A stretch of DNA of 64,000 nucleotides from an uncultured delta proteobacterium (GCA_963803435.1 CAWDML010000002.1:218340-282339), one strand, 5' to 3'. Counted from the first letter of the stretch, positions 19,565 to 30,234 are shown. Notes: generated by a model from the sequence alone, not told the origin. A program made the numbers and translations.

Positions 19565-20165
19565 CCGACAGGATGATGATCGCGACGATCACGTACTGGA
19601 AGTTCCTCCGCACGCCGGGGATGTTGCCGAAGAAGTGGCCGGCCGAGGCGAACCCCGTGACCCACAGGAACGCGCCGATCACGTTGAACACGAAGAAGCG
19701 CCGGTAGGTCATGTTCCCGATGCCGGCCACGAACGGGGCGAACGTGCGGACGATCGGGATGAAGCGCGCGAAGATGATCGTCTTTCCGCCATACTTCTCG
19801 TAGAACTTCTGCGCGCGCACGAGGTGCCGCTTGTTCAACCATCGGGAGTCCTCCCGATGGAACACCTTCGGCCCGACGCGCAGCCCGATCTGGTAGTTCA
19901 CTGCGTCGCCGAGGACGCCCGCGGTGACCAAGAGCAGGATCACGACCTCGAGGCGGAGGGGTGAGTCCGGAAGCGCGGTCACCGCGCCCACCGCGAAGAG
20001 CAGCGAGTCACCGGGGAGAAACGGCGTTACGACCAGCCCGGTCTCGCAGAAGATGATCACGAACAGCAGGAGGTAGAGCCAACCGCCCAGCCGTTGCGTC
20101 CACTCGACCAGCGTCGTGTCGAGGTGGAAAAATAGGTCGTAGAAGGTGGCGAACAGCTTTTCCAT
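19512..20165 (-). CDS. DedA family membrane protein
   Basis: IIFCETGLVVTPFLPGDSLLF, ARFIPIVRTFAPFVAG. Confidence 0.93.
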   Translation of the reverse strand: MEKLFATFYDLFFHLDTTLVEWTQRLGGWLYLLLFVIIFCETGLVVTPFLPGDSLLFAVGAVTALPDSPLRLEVVILLLVTAGVLGDAVNYQIGLRVGPKVFHREDSRWLNKRHLVRAQKFYEKYGGKTIIFARFIPIVRTFAPFVAGIGNMTYRRFFVFNVIGAFLWVTGFASAGHFFGNIPGVRRNFQYVIVAIIILSVIPPAIELVLERRRTRR

Positions 20166-20293
20166 GGGGCGGCGACTCTGATCCCGATCTCGACGCTCCT
20201 AGCACAGCCCGCCTTCGCGAGCGAAGCCGAGGGGCCGATCATCGAGCTCACGGCGCTGTTCGGGCTGTCGGTGTGGAGCTGGTCGTCGCGCTG

Positions 20294-20983
20294 TCAGGCA
20301 AGAGCCGCGCTGTCCTTGCCATGGTGCTTCTTCTCGTCTCCGCGTTCTTCGTGTGGCGGTCGTTCTACGGGATGCGGATCGAGGTTGCTCGGAGCGCTGC
20401 TCCGGCGGAGTAGCTGCCGCCGCTTCCACCACCAGAAGCAGAACCCGAGCACGCCCACCACGCCGAGGAGGGTGAGCTGGACGTCGAGCGCCATCGCCCG
20501 GAAGCGGTCGATCTGGTTCCCGCCGAAATAGGTCGCGAGCACCAGCGTCGGGACACTGATCAACGCAGCCGATCCGTCGTACACCAGCATCTTCCACGCG
20601 GGCACCTGGAGCGCACCGGCCGAGAAGAACACGCAGGCGCGCACGCCCGGGAGGAAGCGGCCGACGAAGAGCGCGCGGCCACCGTAGCGGACGAACATTG
20701 CGGAGGCCTTCTCGAGCCGGGCCTCGGTGATGAGGCGGCTCAGGAAGCGGAGCTTGAAGAGGCGGTCGCCGTAGCGGCGGCCGAGGCTGAACATGATCAG
20801 GTCGCCGCCCACCACCGCACCGAATGCGAGGGGCAACAGGATGTGGATCTGCGCGGTACCGAGGTGACACAGGTAGCCGGACACGAGCAGCGGGACGTCC
20901 TCCGGAATCGGGACGCCCATCCCGCCTGCCAACAGCACGAGGACGACGCCCAGATGGGGAAGCTGCTGGAGAAAGCTTTCCAT
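20294..20983 (-). CDS. DedA family membrane protein
   Basis: GVPIPEDVPLL..G, GRFLPGVR; ATG at 20983. Confidence 0.88.
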   Translation of the reverse strand: MESFLQQLPHLGVVLVLLAGGMGVPIPEDVPLLVSGYLCHLGTAQIHILLPLAFGAVVGGDLIMFSLGRRYGDRLFKLRFLSRLITEARLEKASAMFVRYGGRALFVGRFLPGVRACVFFSAGALQVPAWKMLVYDGSAALISVPTLVLATYFGGNQIDRFRAMALDVQLTLLGVVGVLGFCFWWWKRRQLLRRSSAPSNLDPHPVERPPHEERGDEKKHHGKDSAALA

Positions 20984-21035
20984 CTCGGGTCCCCCCAGGC
21001 TATATCGCGGGCGCGCCTGGCGCCAAGACAGAGGT

Positions 21036-21710
21036 GTGATTCGACTCAGTGACGTCTCGCGAACGTACGACGAGGGTGCGGCGCCCGTGTACGCGTTGGT
21101 CGGGGTCTCCCTGGAGATCGCAGCAGGTGCGCTGGTCGCGATCATCGGACCGAGCGGCTCGGGAAAGAGCACTCTCCTCAACCTGATCGGCGCCCTGGAC
21201 CATCCTACGAGCGGCACCATCGCGATCGACGGCCAGCCGATCGAGCGCGCAGCGGACGATGTGCGAACGAGATTTCGCAGGGAGCGGATCGGGTTCGTCT
21301 TTCAATTCTTCAACCTACTCCCGACCATGACCGCCCGGGAAAACGTACTCCTCCCGGCGAAGCTCGCCGGGCACCGCAATCGAGCAACGTACGAGCGCGC
21401 CGATTTCTTGCTGGAAAACGTCGGGCTGGCCGATCGGAGGATGCACCGGCCCGATCGGCTCTCCGGAGGCGAAATGCAGCGGGTCGCCATTGCGCGGGCC
21501 TTGATGATGGATCCGCCGCTCCTCCTCTGCGACGAGCCCACCGGCAACCTCGACACCCAGACCGGCGAGCAGGTGCTGGATCTGCTCATCGGTGCGGTGG
21601 ACAACCGGCGGACGGTCGTGCTGGTCACCCATGATCCGCGGATCGCCGAGCGGGCCGACCGCGTCCTCACCATCCGTGACGGGCGCCTGGCCGGCGACGA
21701 TCGGAGCTGA
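21036..21710 (+). CDS. ABC transporter ATP-binding protein (LolD/MacB type)
   Basis: GPSGSGKST, LSGGEMQRVAIARAL, DEPTGNLD. Confidence 0.95.
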   Translation: MIRLSDVSRTYDEGAAPVYALVGVSLEIAAGALVAIIGPSGSGKSTLLNLIGALDHPTSGTIAIDGQPIERAADDVRTRFRRERIGFVFQFFNLLPTMTARENVLLPAKLAGHRNRATYERADFLLENVGLADRRMHRPDRLSGGEMQRVAIARALMMDPPLLLCDEPTGNLDTQTGEQVLDLLIGAVDNRRTVVLVTHDPRIAERADRVLTIRDGRLAGDDRS

Positions 21711-21720
21711 CGGAGCCGCC

Positions 21721-24294
21721 GTGCTCACCCTGCTCAGGGAGGTCTCGCTCCGCCACTTCCGGCACGCGCCGCTACGCACGCTGCTGGTGATCTCCGGGAT
21801 CGCGCTCGGCGTCTCGATGCTGATCGCGACCACCATGGTCAACCGCAGCATGGTCGGCGCGTTCACCGAGTCGGTCGGGCGCGTCGTCGGCAAGGCCGAT
21901 CTCGTGATCACCGGTGGCGACGTCGGCGTCTCCTCCGATCTGGTGGAGGAGATCCGCGGCGTCGGCGGCGTCGCGCACGTCGCCGGCGCGCTCGAGATCG
22001 TGACGCGGCGTCCCGGCGGGGACGGGCCGCTCCTGGTGCTCGGCGTCGACCTGGTGGGCGACCCGCACTTCCTCCCGATCGTGTCGGCGGATGACAGCGC
22101 GGACTGGGTCGAGGATCCGCTGGAGCTGGTCAACGACCCGTCGGGCATCCTCGTCTCCGAGCGGCTCGCGCGCGACGAGCACCTGTCGGTGGGCGGGACG
22201 ATCGATCTGATCACCAGCGAGGGACAGAAGCCCTTCACCGTGCGCGGCCTGCTGGCGGACTCGGGGCCGCTCGCCTCCTTCGGAGGTCAGGTCGCGGTGA
22301 TGTTCCTCGACGCCGCCCAGGTCTCCTTCGGTCGCGGCGATCGCGTCGATCGCATCGACGTGGCGCTGGCGCCCGGCGCACCGCTTTTGCAGGTGCAAGC
22401 CGAGCTGCAGGCGCTCCTCGCTGGACGCGGTCAGGTCGAGGAGCCCAAGGGCCGCACGCAGCACCTCAAGGCGATGCTGGCTCCGCTCGAGTCCGGCGTC
22501 GAAGTGGCCGGCTTCATCGCGCTCATGGTCGGCATGTTCCTCATCTACAACGCGGTCAGCGTGGCGGTGAGCGAGCGGCGCCGCGAGATCGGCGTGCTCC
22601 GGGCGCTCGGCGTGGAGCGGCGCCGGGCCGTCCTCGCCTTCTGCCTGGAGGCGGGGCTGCTGGGCGCGGTCGGCGGGGCCGTCGGCCTGCTGTTCGCGAG
22701 CGGCCTGGCCAGGTCCGCGCTGCGCGAGACGGCCGCCAACGTGAGTCAGTTCTACGCACCGATCCGCCCGCCGGTACCGGTGCTCACGCTCGATCTGTCG
22801 CTGTACGGCATCGCCGCCGGGATCCTGATCGCGGTGGCGGCGGCGTACCTTCCCGCCCGGCGGGCCGCCGAGGTCGATCCGGTGGAGGCGCTCCGCCGCT
22901 CGCGGGGCGCCATCCTGCTCCCGCGCCGGCTGCCACACCTCAAGATGCTGAGCGCGGGCCTCCTGCTGGTCCCGCTGGCGGCCGGCGCCACCTGGCTGGG
23001 GTACGAGGATCTGTTCTTCGCGTTCGTCGCGCTCGGCCTGGTGATCGTGGCCGGCGTGCTGGCGCTGCCGAGCTTCGTGGTGCTCCTGTGCGCGCTCCTG
23101 GCGCGCCCGTTCGAGTCGGTGCTCGGCATCCCCGGGAAGCTAGCGATCGACAACGTGGAGCGCTCGCTGGAGCGGAGCGTGCTGACGGTGGCGGCGTTGG
23201 CGGTGGCGGTGGCCTCGAGCGTGGCGATCTCGAGCTGGGGCGGATCGCTCGAGGCCTCGATGATGGAGTGGCTGGATCAGATGGTCCCGGCCGACATCCT
23301 GATCACGGCCGGCTCGCCGTTCGCCGATCAGCACAACGTCCCCTTTCTGCCCTCGATGGCCGACAAGCTCGAGGGCATCCCGGGCATCCGCGGGATCCAG
23401 CGCGCGCGGCTCCTCAACCAGGAGATCGGGCCGCACCGAATCCAGCTGCTGGCGCTGGAGACGGGCGCCTACTTCCAGCAGCAGCGGCGCCGCGGCCGCT
23501 ACATCCGGTTCGTCGCGGGCGGTCCCATCACCGCCGAGGCGATGAAGTCGGCGCCGCGCATCCTGCTCTCGGAGACCGCGGCCCTGCGGTTGAAGAAGAA
23601 GATGGGCGACCCGGTCGAGCTCTCCACGCCCACCGGGACCCATACGTTCGAGGTGGTCGGCCTCTTCGTCGATTACACCTCGGATCAGGGGCTCGGCTTC
23701 ATCGATCGGAGCTGGTTCGACCGCTTCTGGCAGGACGATCTGATCGACAATCTGGACCTGTATCTCCAGGACGGTGCGCCGGTCGACATGGTGGTGGCGG
23801 AGGTCCGCCGGCGCTTCGGCGGTGATCGATCGATCTTCGTCACGCCGTCCTCGCAGCTCAGGGGGGAGATCAAGAAGATCCTTCTGCAGTCCATGGCGGT
23901 GCTCCAGTCGACCGAGCTGATCACGCTGATCGTGGCGATCTTGGGCGTGATGGGGACGATGCTGGCGGCGGTGCTCGATCGGATCCGTGAGATCGGCGTC
24001 CTGAGGGCGGTCGGCGCCACCCGGCGGCAGGTCGCGACGTCCGTGGTCACCGAGTCCGGTTTCATCGGCCTCACGTCCGCGCTCGCCGGTCTCCTGCTCG
24101 GAATACCCATGGGTTTGGTGTTCGTGCACGCGATCGGGATGTCGTCGACCGGATGGCGCGTCGACTACCAGTTTCCGGCGATCGCTGCGCTCCGCGTGAT
24201 GACGCTGGTGGTGACCACCGCGATGCTGGCCGGACTGCTGCCGGGACGGCGCGCCGCCCGCATGAACGTCACGGACGCTCTGGCCTACGAGTGA
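21721..24294 (+). CDS. ABC transporter permease, double FtsX/MacB-type
   Basis: Two RRREIGVLRA(L/V)G motifs, two periplasmic domains; GTG at 21721. Confidence 0.9.
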   Translation: MLTLLREVSLRHFRHAPLRTLLVISGIALGVSMLIATTMVNRSMVGAFTESVGRVVGKADLVITGGDVGVSSDLVEEIRGVGGVAHVAGALEIVTRRPGGDGPLLVLGVDLVGDPHFLPIVSADDSADWVEDPLELVNDPSGILVSERLARDEHLSVGGTIDLITSEGQKPFTVRGLLADSGPLASFGGQVAVMFLDAAQVSFGRGDRVDRIDVALAPGAPLLQVQAELQALLAGRGQVEEPKGRTQHLKAMLAPLESGVEVAGFIALMVGMFLIYNAVSVAVSERRREIGVLRALGVERRRAVLAFCLEAGLLGAVGGAVGLLFASGLARSALRETAANVSQFYAPIRPPVPVLTLDLSLYGIAAGILIAVAAAYLPARRAAEVDPVEALRRSRGAILLPRRLPHLKMLSAGLLLVPLAAGATWLGYEDLFFAFVALGLVIVAGVLALPSFVVLLCALLARPFESVLGIPGKLAIDNVERSLERSVLTVAALAVAVASSVAISSWGGSLEASMMEWLDQMVPADILITAGSPFADQHNVPFLPSMADKLEGIPGIRGIQRARLLNQEIGPHRIQLLALETGAYFQQQRRRGRYIRFVAGGPITAEAMKSAPRILLSETAALRLKKKMGDPVELSTPTGTHTFEVVGLFVDYTSDQGLGFIDRSWFDRFWQDDLIDNLDLYLQDGAPVDMVVAEVRRRFGGDRSIFVTPSSQLRGEIKKILLQSMAVLQSTELITLIVAILGVMGTMLAAVLDRIREIGVLRAVGATRRQVATSVVTESGFIGLTSALAGLLLGIPMGLVFVHAIGMSSTGWRVDYQFPAIAALRVMTLVVTTAMLAGLLPGRRAARMNVTDALAYE

Positions 24295-24318
24295 CCGCGT
24301 CGGCGGCGGTCAAAAGCG

Positions 24319-26649
24319 TTGCGCGAGGGGTGGGACTGGGGCAGCTTGCGCCCGTTGATCGCCTCGTCCGGGAACCCTCTGCTCGCGCGGATCTTCCGTG
24401 GTGTCATCGCGTGGCGCTGGCCGATCGTGATCTTCTGGATCCTGGTCACCATCCCGGCCGGCTGGTACGCCGCCAAGGTCGAGAACGACAGCTCCCTCGA
24501 TCGGATCATCGTCCCCAGCGATCCCGACTTTCTCGCGACGCAGCGGTTCCAGCAGGTGTTCGGGCGCGCCGAGTTCGCGGTGCTGCTGCTCGAGTCGAAG
24601 GATCCGCTCGACGCAGCGGTGGTGGCGAAGCAGGACGCGCTCGAGCGCGCGCTCGTCCAGATCCCGCACCTCTCGATCAGCTCCGTCCTCACCTCCTACC
24701 GTGAGGCCTACGGCGGCTTCGAGCCCACCCCGGAGGGCACAGCCAAGTTTCAGAAGTTCGCTCGTGGCACCGACCTGTTCCGGAAGCAGGGGCTGATCGG
24801 GGACCAGTTCGCGATGGTCGGCCTCCTCCTCAGCGTCTCCAGCCGCGAGGAGCGCTCCGAGGTGATCGACGCCGTGGAGCTGGCGCTCCAGCAGGTCGGG
24901 ACCGGCGCACCGTTAGATGCCGTGCGCCGCGTCGGCCAGCCGTACGTCAACATCTACTTCGACCAGGCCACCAAGACCTCGGGGCCGATCCACTTCGGCC
25001 TGTTCGGGATCTTCGTGATCATCCTGGTGAGCACGCTCTACCGGTCCTTCCGCACGCTGATCGCCTTCCTGCTCACGCTCGGCGTCTCGGTGTCCCTGGT
25101 GGTCGGCTACATCGGCCTGACGGGCGGTATGTTCACCATCGTCTCGCCGATGGTGCCGATGACGATCCTGATCACGACGACGGCGACGCTCGTCTATCTG
25201 CATTCGCGCTTCGCAGAGCGCCCCGCGTCGGTGCCGATCGACGAGCATCAGATCTTCGCCCTCTGCAACAAGTTCCTCGCCTGCACCGCTTCGATCTTCG
25301 CGGCGATCGTCGGCTTCGGCGCGCTGGCGGTCTCCGACATCCGGCCGATCCGGGAGATGGGGATCTGGGTGGCGGTCGGTCTGTTAGGGACCTGGGTCGT
25401 GGTGTTCACGCTGTTCCCGGGCTTGCAGAAGATCCTGAGGACGCCCACCCAGCTCGAGCGGGGCGTGGCCGCACCCTGGTTCCGGCGCTTCGCCGCGTGG
25501 CTGCCCGGGTTCACGTACCGCTGGCGCTGGCCGCTGGTGCTCGCCGCGTTCGGGCTCTCGGTCGCAGGCTTCATCGCGATCTTCGGCCTCGGTCCGATCG
25601 AACCGATGCGTCCGCTCATCGAGCCGGTCGAGTACGTGAGCCGCGACGTCCCGCTCTACCAGGATACGCAGCGCGCGCGGGCGCTCCTGCCGGGCCTGGG
25701 TCTCACGCACGTCTGGCTTCACGGCAAGGACATCGACATCTCCGATCCTGAGGTCCTCGAGGGCCTCCACGCGTTCGAGGAGGGCCTCGCCGGTGACCGG
25801 GAGGTGGGCGCAGTCATCGGCATCCCCACCGTCCTGCGGCTGGTGCGATACGCAAAGCAGGGCAACGATCAGTGGCCGTCGGAGGGGGAGGGGACCGAGG
25901 CGATCGAGGGCGCGTTCGAGGATCTCATGCTGCGGGCGCCCGGCCAGCTCCACCGGTTCGTCGACCGATCGCTCACGGACACGCAGCTCACGGTCCTGAG
26001 CCCGGCGATCGAGCACGAGAGCTTCCAGCGGCTGCACGATCGGATCCGCCACCACTGGAACGAGACGGTGCAGGCGCACCCGGAGCTGGCGAAGTTCGAG
26101 CTGCTCACCGTCGGGCTGGGACCGCTCCAGGCGAAGATGAGCGAGAGCCTGGTGCCCACGCTGGTGGAGAGCTTCCTGCTCACCGCGGGGATCATCTTTC
26201 TCACGTTCCTGCTGGTGTTCCGCAGCGGGGCTGCGCGCATCATGACGATGGTCCCGTCGCTGTTCGCGATCCTGGTGATGTTCCTGACGATGCGAAACGT
26301 GGGGATGGATCTGAACATCGCCACCATCCTGATCGCATCGACCGTCCTCGGTACCTCCGAGAACGATCAGATCCACTTCTTCTATCACTTCCTCGAGGGA
26401 CGAAAGACGGGCACGGTCTCTCAAGCGCTCGAGCACACGTTCCTGATCTCGGGCCGTGCGATCTTCTTCGCGACCATCATCAACGCCGGCGGCTTCCTGG
26501 CCTTCGCAATGTCCGAGATGCGGCCGATGCAGCAGTTCGGGATTCTCACGGCGACCGCGCTGCTCCTCTCGATGATCGCCGACTTCTCCGCGCTGCCGGC
26601 GACGCTCTGGATCATCTTCCGCGAGAAACCGGACGAGAAACGGACCTGA
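24319..26649 (+). CDS. MMPL/RND family transporter
   Basis: Duplicated TM-periplasmic-5TM architecture; ENDQIHF, GRAIFFAT..AGGFLAF motifs. Confidence 0.85.
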   Translation: MREGWDWGSLRPLIASSGNPLLARIFRGVIAWRWPIVIFWILVTIPAGWYAAKVENDSSLDRIIVPSDPDFLATQRFQQVFGRAEFAVLLLESKDPLDAAVVAKQDALERALVQIPHLSISSVLTSYREAYGGFEPTPEGTAKFQKFARGTDLFRKQGLIGDQFAMVGLLLSVSSREERSEVIDAVELALQQVGTGAPLDAVRRVGQPYVNIYFDQATKTSGPIHFGLFGIFVIILVSTLYRSFRTLIAFLLTLGVSVSLVVGYIGLTGGMFTIVSPMVPMTILITTTATLVYLHSRFAERPASVPIDEHQIFALCNKFLACTASIFAAIVGFGALAVSDIRPIREMGIWVAVGLLGTWVVVFTLFPGLQKILRTPTQLERGVAAPWFRRFAAWLPGFTYRWRWPLVLAAFGLSVAGFIAIFGLGPIEPMRPLIEPVEYVSRDVPLYQDTQRARALLPGLGLTHVWLHGKDIDISDPEVLEGLHAFEEGLAGDREVGAVIGIPTVLRLVRYAKQGNDQWPSEGEGTEAIEGAFEDLMLRAPGQLHRFVDRSLTDTQLTVLSPAIEHESFQRLHDRIRHHWNETVQAHPELAKFELLTVGLGPLQAKMSESLVPTLVESFLLTAGIIFLTFLLVFRSGAARIMTMVPSLFAILVMFLTMRNVGMDLNIATILIASTVLGTSENDQIHFFYHFLEGRKTGTVSQALEHTFLISGRAIFFATIINAGGFLAFAMSEMRPMQQFGILTATALLLSMIADFSALPATLWIIFREKPDEKRT

Positions 26650-26721
26650 GCGCGGGTCGCACATCGCCTTACAGCGCGAGGCAGGCGACATTTTTCGAAT
26701 TCCTCCGATAACCGCGGAGGG

Positions 26722-26955
26722 GTGTGCGTCCGAAGACATCCGATCCCGACGCGAAGGGTGGCGGCGCTGGCGCTCGCCCTGAAGCGCGGAGATCTGTCCG
26801 AGGCTCAGGCGATCGAGGGGTTCGTGGCGCTGGTGGTCACGAAGGGCAAGGCTCGCGTGCGCGTCGCCGGCGTGATCGCGAAGGAGGCCCGGACCTCGGC
26901 CCGCTTCGCGGCGCTCTTCGAGCGGCTCGCGTTCACCTCTCAGCCCGGCTCTTGA
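26722..26955 (+). CDS. Possible small hypothetical protein
   Basis: GGAGGG upstream of GTG; fills the intergenic gap; no family recognised. Confidence 0.35.
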   Translation: MCVRRHPIPTRRVAALALALKRGDLSEAQAIEGFVALVVTKGKARVRVAGVIAKEARTSARFAALFERLAFTSQPGS

Positions 26956-28834
26956 GCACGTTCTCCCGGTGGTGGTCGCGCATTCCCGGGACCTCTGCTG
27001 CGCGGGGCAGCGGGACGGCGTCTGGTTCCTCGGCCGGGTCGGCCAGGCGGTCGAGGTACTCGAGATCGGCCCGCGCGATGGAGCGCGCGGCGGCGCGATC
27101 GAGCCGGGGGCCGTGGCCGGGGATCACCAGGTCGAGCGATTCGAGGAGCTCGATGAGCCGGCGCAGCGTGGCGCGGTAGGCGTCGAGGTCGTCCACGAAC
27201 GGGATCTCCTCCGGCGAGAGGTAGTCGCCCGCAATCAGGAGGCCGCGGTCGGGGATCACGAGGCCCAGGCCGTCGGGGCTGTGGCCGGGCAGGTGGATCG
27301 CTTCGATCGCGGCGCCGCCGAGATCGAGCCGGGCCCCCGGAGTGAGCGGGCGGATCCGCGCCGGCCATCCGAGCGGCTCCGGCCGTTCGACGTACCAGCG
27401 GCCGTCGAACTGTCTCGCCCCGTCGAGATCCTCCCGGGCGCGCTCGCTTCCCGAGGCGACCGCCTCGGCGAGGTCGGGGCTCCCGAGCACCTCGGCGCCG
27501 GGGAACGTGCGCCAGCCGATCACGTGATCCCAGTGGCCGTGGGTGAAGACGACGGCGTCGACGCGGCCATGGGCGCGAGCGCGCTCGGCGAGCGCGGAGA
27601 GCTCGCGGGGGAAGTAGCCGGGATCGACCGCCAGGGCGCGCCCGCCGCGGGAGAGGAGCACGCTGCTCAGCTTCCAGATGCCGCTGGTGAACACCTCCAC
27701 CGCGAGCGCCTTCGACGGCCCCGGTCGTGGGGCGGGCGGGACGGTCCTCGCCAGCGCCTCGGTGCCGACGGCGCTGGCGAGCATCCGCTCCTTACGATCG
27801 GAGAGGAGGCGCTGCGTCCAGTCGAGGAAGCCGCCGTCGCCGATGGCTCTCCGCTGTGCGCCGATCACCAGCTTGAAGGTGGGCCCACAGTAGTAGCTGA
27901 GCGCGTGGAGGCGCCCGAGATCGAACGCCAGCTCGGCGCCCGGATGGCGCTCCGCCAGCGGGCCGAAGACCTCGGCCTCCAGCTTCCTCAGGCGCGGTAG
28001 GAACGGCGCACCGGCAGGCTCGCGCTCGAGGTCGTCGAGCGAGCGTGGAACGATCACGCCTGCGTCCGCGAGCAGACGCTCGCCCGACCCGGGACGGTGG
28101 CCGCGCACCGCTTCGGCCACGGCGATCGGATCGACGCCGCGCGCCTCGATCAGCGCGCGGACCACGCGGGTGTCGCTCACCTCCACACGAACAGGTCCGA
28201 TCGGGTGACCATCGGCGGCGAGCGCCGCGAAGAAATGCAGCCAGGCGTCGAGATGTGCGAGGAGCTCCTCGCGCTCGAAGCGCTCGTCGCCGGTGTCACG
28301 CCCGGCGCTCGCCAGCGTGAAGATGCGAAAGTGCGGAGTGTAGCCGGGGACGTCGAAGGGCTGGAGCCGGACCACGCGCTGGCTGCTGGCGAGACGCACG
28401 ATCTGGTCGCGCGCCCGCCTGCGGCGCCGCCCGCTCTCGAGGGCCTGGGCGATGGTCGGATCGCCCGCGACCTCGGCCTGACGCGCCCCCGCCAGCACAT
28501 TGTTCGGATCGATCCCGGTGGAGCTCGCCGCGCCGAGCGGCATCAATGGAGAGAGATCGATCGCCTCGAAACGCGACGCCGAGGCGAACGCCTGGCGATC
28601 GATCTCCAGGAGCGCGCGGGCATCGCAGGAGGAGGGCTGCAGCATCGGCGTCTGCTCGCTTCGCGCGGCGATGTCGGGCAGGTCGCGCTCGAGTGCGATG
28701 CGCCGGAGCGCGTGCATGACGACCGAGCTCAGCTCGCTGGGTGTGAGCGTCTCGAGCGCATCGATCAGGCCCGGGTGTCCGCGCGAGGCCGCGATGTGAC
28801 GCGCGATCTCGGCGGTTCGATCTCCCTCGGTCAC
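26933..28834 (-). CDS. Fusion of a class II aaRS-like catalytic domain and an MBL-fold metallo-hydrolase
   Basis: N-terminal VRLQPF..PHFRIF, YYCG, GDGGFLDWTQRLL..SAVGTE; C-terminal THGHWDH, PGHSPD, AGD, PGHG. Confidence 0.75.
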   Translation of the reverse strand: MTEGDRTAEIARHIAASRGHPGLIDALETLTPSELSSVVMHALRRIALERDLPDIAARSEQTPMLQPSSCDARALLEIDRQAFASASRFEAIDLSPLMPLGAASSTGIDPNNVLAGARQAEVAGDPTIAQALESGRRRRRARDQIVRLASSQRVVRLQPFDVPGYTPHFRIFTLASAGRDTGDERFEREELLAHLDAWLHFFAALAADGHPIGPVRVEVSDTRVVRALIEARGVDPIAVAEAVRGHRPGSGERLLADAGVIVPRSLDDLEREPAGAPFLPRLRKLEAEVFGPLAERHPGAELAFDLGRLHALSYYCGPTFKLVIGAQRRAIGDGGFLDWTQRLLSDRKERMLASAVGTEALARTVPPAPRPGPSKALAVEVFTSGIWKLSSVLLSRGGRALAVDPGYFPRELSALAERARAHGRVDAVVFTHGHWDHVIGWRTFPGAEVLGSPDLAEAVASGSERAREDLDGARQFDGRWYVERPEPLGWPARIRPLTPGARLDLGGAAIEAIHLPGHSPDGLGLVIPDRGLLIAGDYLSPEEIPFVDDLDAYRATLRRLIELLESLDLVIPGHGPRLDRAAARSIARADLEYLDRLADPAEEPDAVPLPRAAEVPGMRDHHRENVLKSRAER

Positions 28835-28940
28835 CCGGGCGCCATAGCACCCTCGCTCGAATCTTGTCCGCAAGATCGGCGGCTGCATTGCGCCGGCGCG
28901 ACGGCATTGCGCTCCTTTTTGAGCTACGCTTCCGCGGCGG

Positions 28941-29876
28941 ATGAAGCAGAGAAGGATCGGCTTGGTGCTCGGTGCAGGAGGTCCGGTGGGTCACGCGTTT
29001 CACGCGGGTCTCCTCTCGGCGATCGAATCGTCGCTCGGATGGGATCCGCGCGACGCACACGTCGTGGTGGGAACCTCCGCCGGCGCGCAGGTCGGTGCCC
29101 TCCTGCGCGCCGGAATGAGCGCGCAAGATCTCGAGGCGCGCGTCACGGGGGCTGCGATGACGGACGAGGGCGTTGCGATCGCGCAGCACTACGTTCGGCC
29201 GCCGTACGTCCCGCACGAAGATCATCCGCGGCGCTTCCGGCCTCTTTCGCCTGCGTACCTGCTCCGCCACCTGGCCCGTCCCTGGGAGGCGCGGGTCGGC
29301 CGGCTGGTCGCCGCGTTGCTCCCGCCCGGACGGGTCAGCCTCACGCCCCAGGCCGAGGGGCTGCAGCGGCTGTTCGGCGAGCGCTGGCCGGCGAGCCCCT
29401 TGTGGATCACCGCCGTCGCGATGTCGCGGGGCGAGCTGGTGGCGTTCGGACGTCCAGGCGCGCCCGCCACGGACGTGGGCACCGCCGTGACCTGCTCGGG
29501 CGCCGTCCCCTCGGTGGTGGCGCCGGTCCGGGTCGGCGACGAGCACTACGTCGACGGCGCCGTGGCCAGCACCACGAACCTCCACCTCATGGAGGCCGCC
29601 GAGGTGGACGCGGTCATCGTCAGCTCTCCGCTGTCGCGCATGCCGCTGATCCGCTGGTTGTTCCGCCGCGAGGTGGCCCGGCTCTCGCGGCGCGGGATCC
29701 AGGTCCTCGCGTTCGAGCCGGATGGCCCCGTCGTCCGGGCGATGGGCCTCAACCCGATGCGGCTCGAGCGCTCGGCCGCCGTCGCCCTGGCGGCCCGGGC
29801 TTCGGTGCTCGCGCAGCTCGAGGATCACCCGCTGCGCCGACTCCTCCGTCCATCGAAGATCTGCGGAGCAGCCTGA
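28941..29876 (+). CDS. Patatin-like phospholipase
   Basis: LGAGG, GTSAG, YVDGA. Confidence 0.9.
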   Translation: MKQRRIGLVLGAGGPVGHAFHAGLLSAIESSLGWDPRDAHVVVGTSAGAQVGALLRAGMSAQDLEARVTGAAMTDEGVAIAQHYVRPPYVPHEDHPRRFRPLSPAYLLRHLARPWEARVGRLVAALLPPGRVSLTPQAEGLQRLFGERWPASPLWITAVAMSRGELVAFGRPGAPATDVGTAVTCSGAVPSVVAPVRVGDEHYVDGAVASTTNLHLMEAAEVDAVIVSSPLSRMPLIRWLFRREVARLSRRGIQVLAFEPDGPVVRAMGLNPMRLERSAAVALAARASVLAQLEDHPLRRLLRPSKICGAA

Positions 29877-30234
29877 AGCGAATGTCGCGACGTCGCGCGC
29901 ATCCTGTGGTGCGCGTGCGCCGGTACACGACCCGCAGCGCGCTTCCAGCGTGGTGCCGCGGTGAAGCGCTCCCCATCGAGATCGGCGTGCATCTGGTCCG
30001 CGCCGCGCTCCGGGCGCAGGTGCGCGCTCGGGCCGGGCGAGCGGACCGCGCGTTCGCCGCGCTCCCTGGCTGGGGGCCGCCGCGCTCGGCTTTGCCGCCG
30101 GAGGCCTCCTGTCGACGGGTCCTGCTCGGGTCGAGCTGAGGCGAGGCGCCGCAGGGGGGGCATCGCGCGCAGCGGTCGCGTGTAACTTCGGCGCGCCGCC
30201 GGCCGGTCTCAGGTTTGCTTCGATCACCGTAGAG

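Noticed and set aside
20193-20202. ACGCTCCTAG matching the last 10 nt of the element end
   Set aside because: Only 10 bp with no partner end; compatible with chance.
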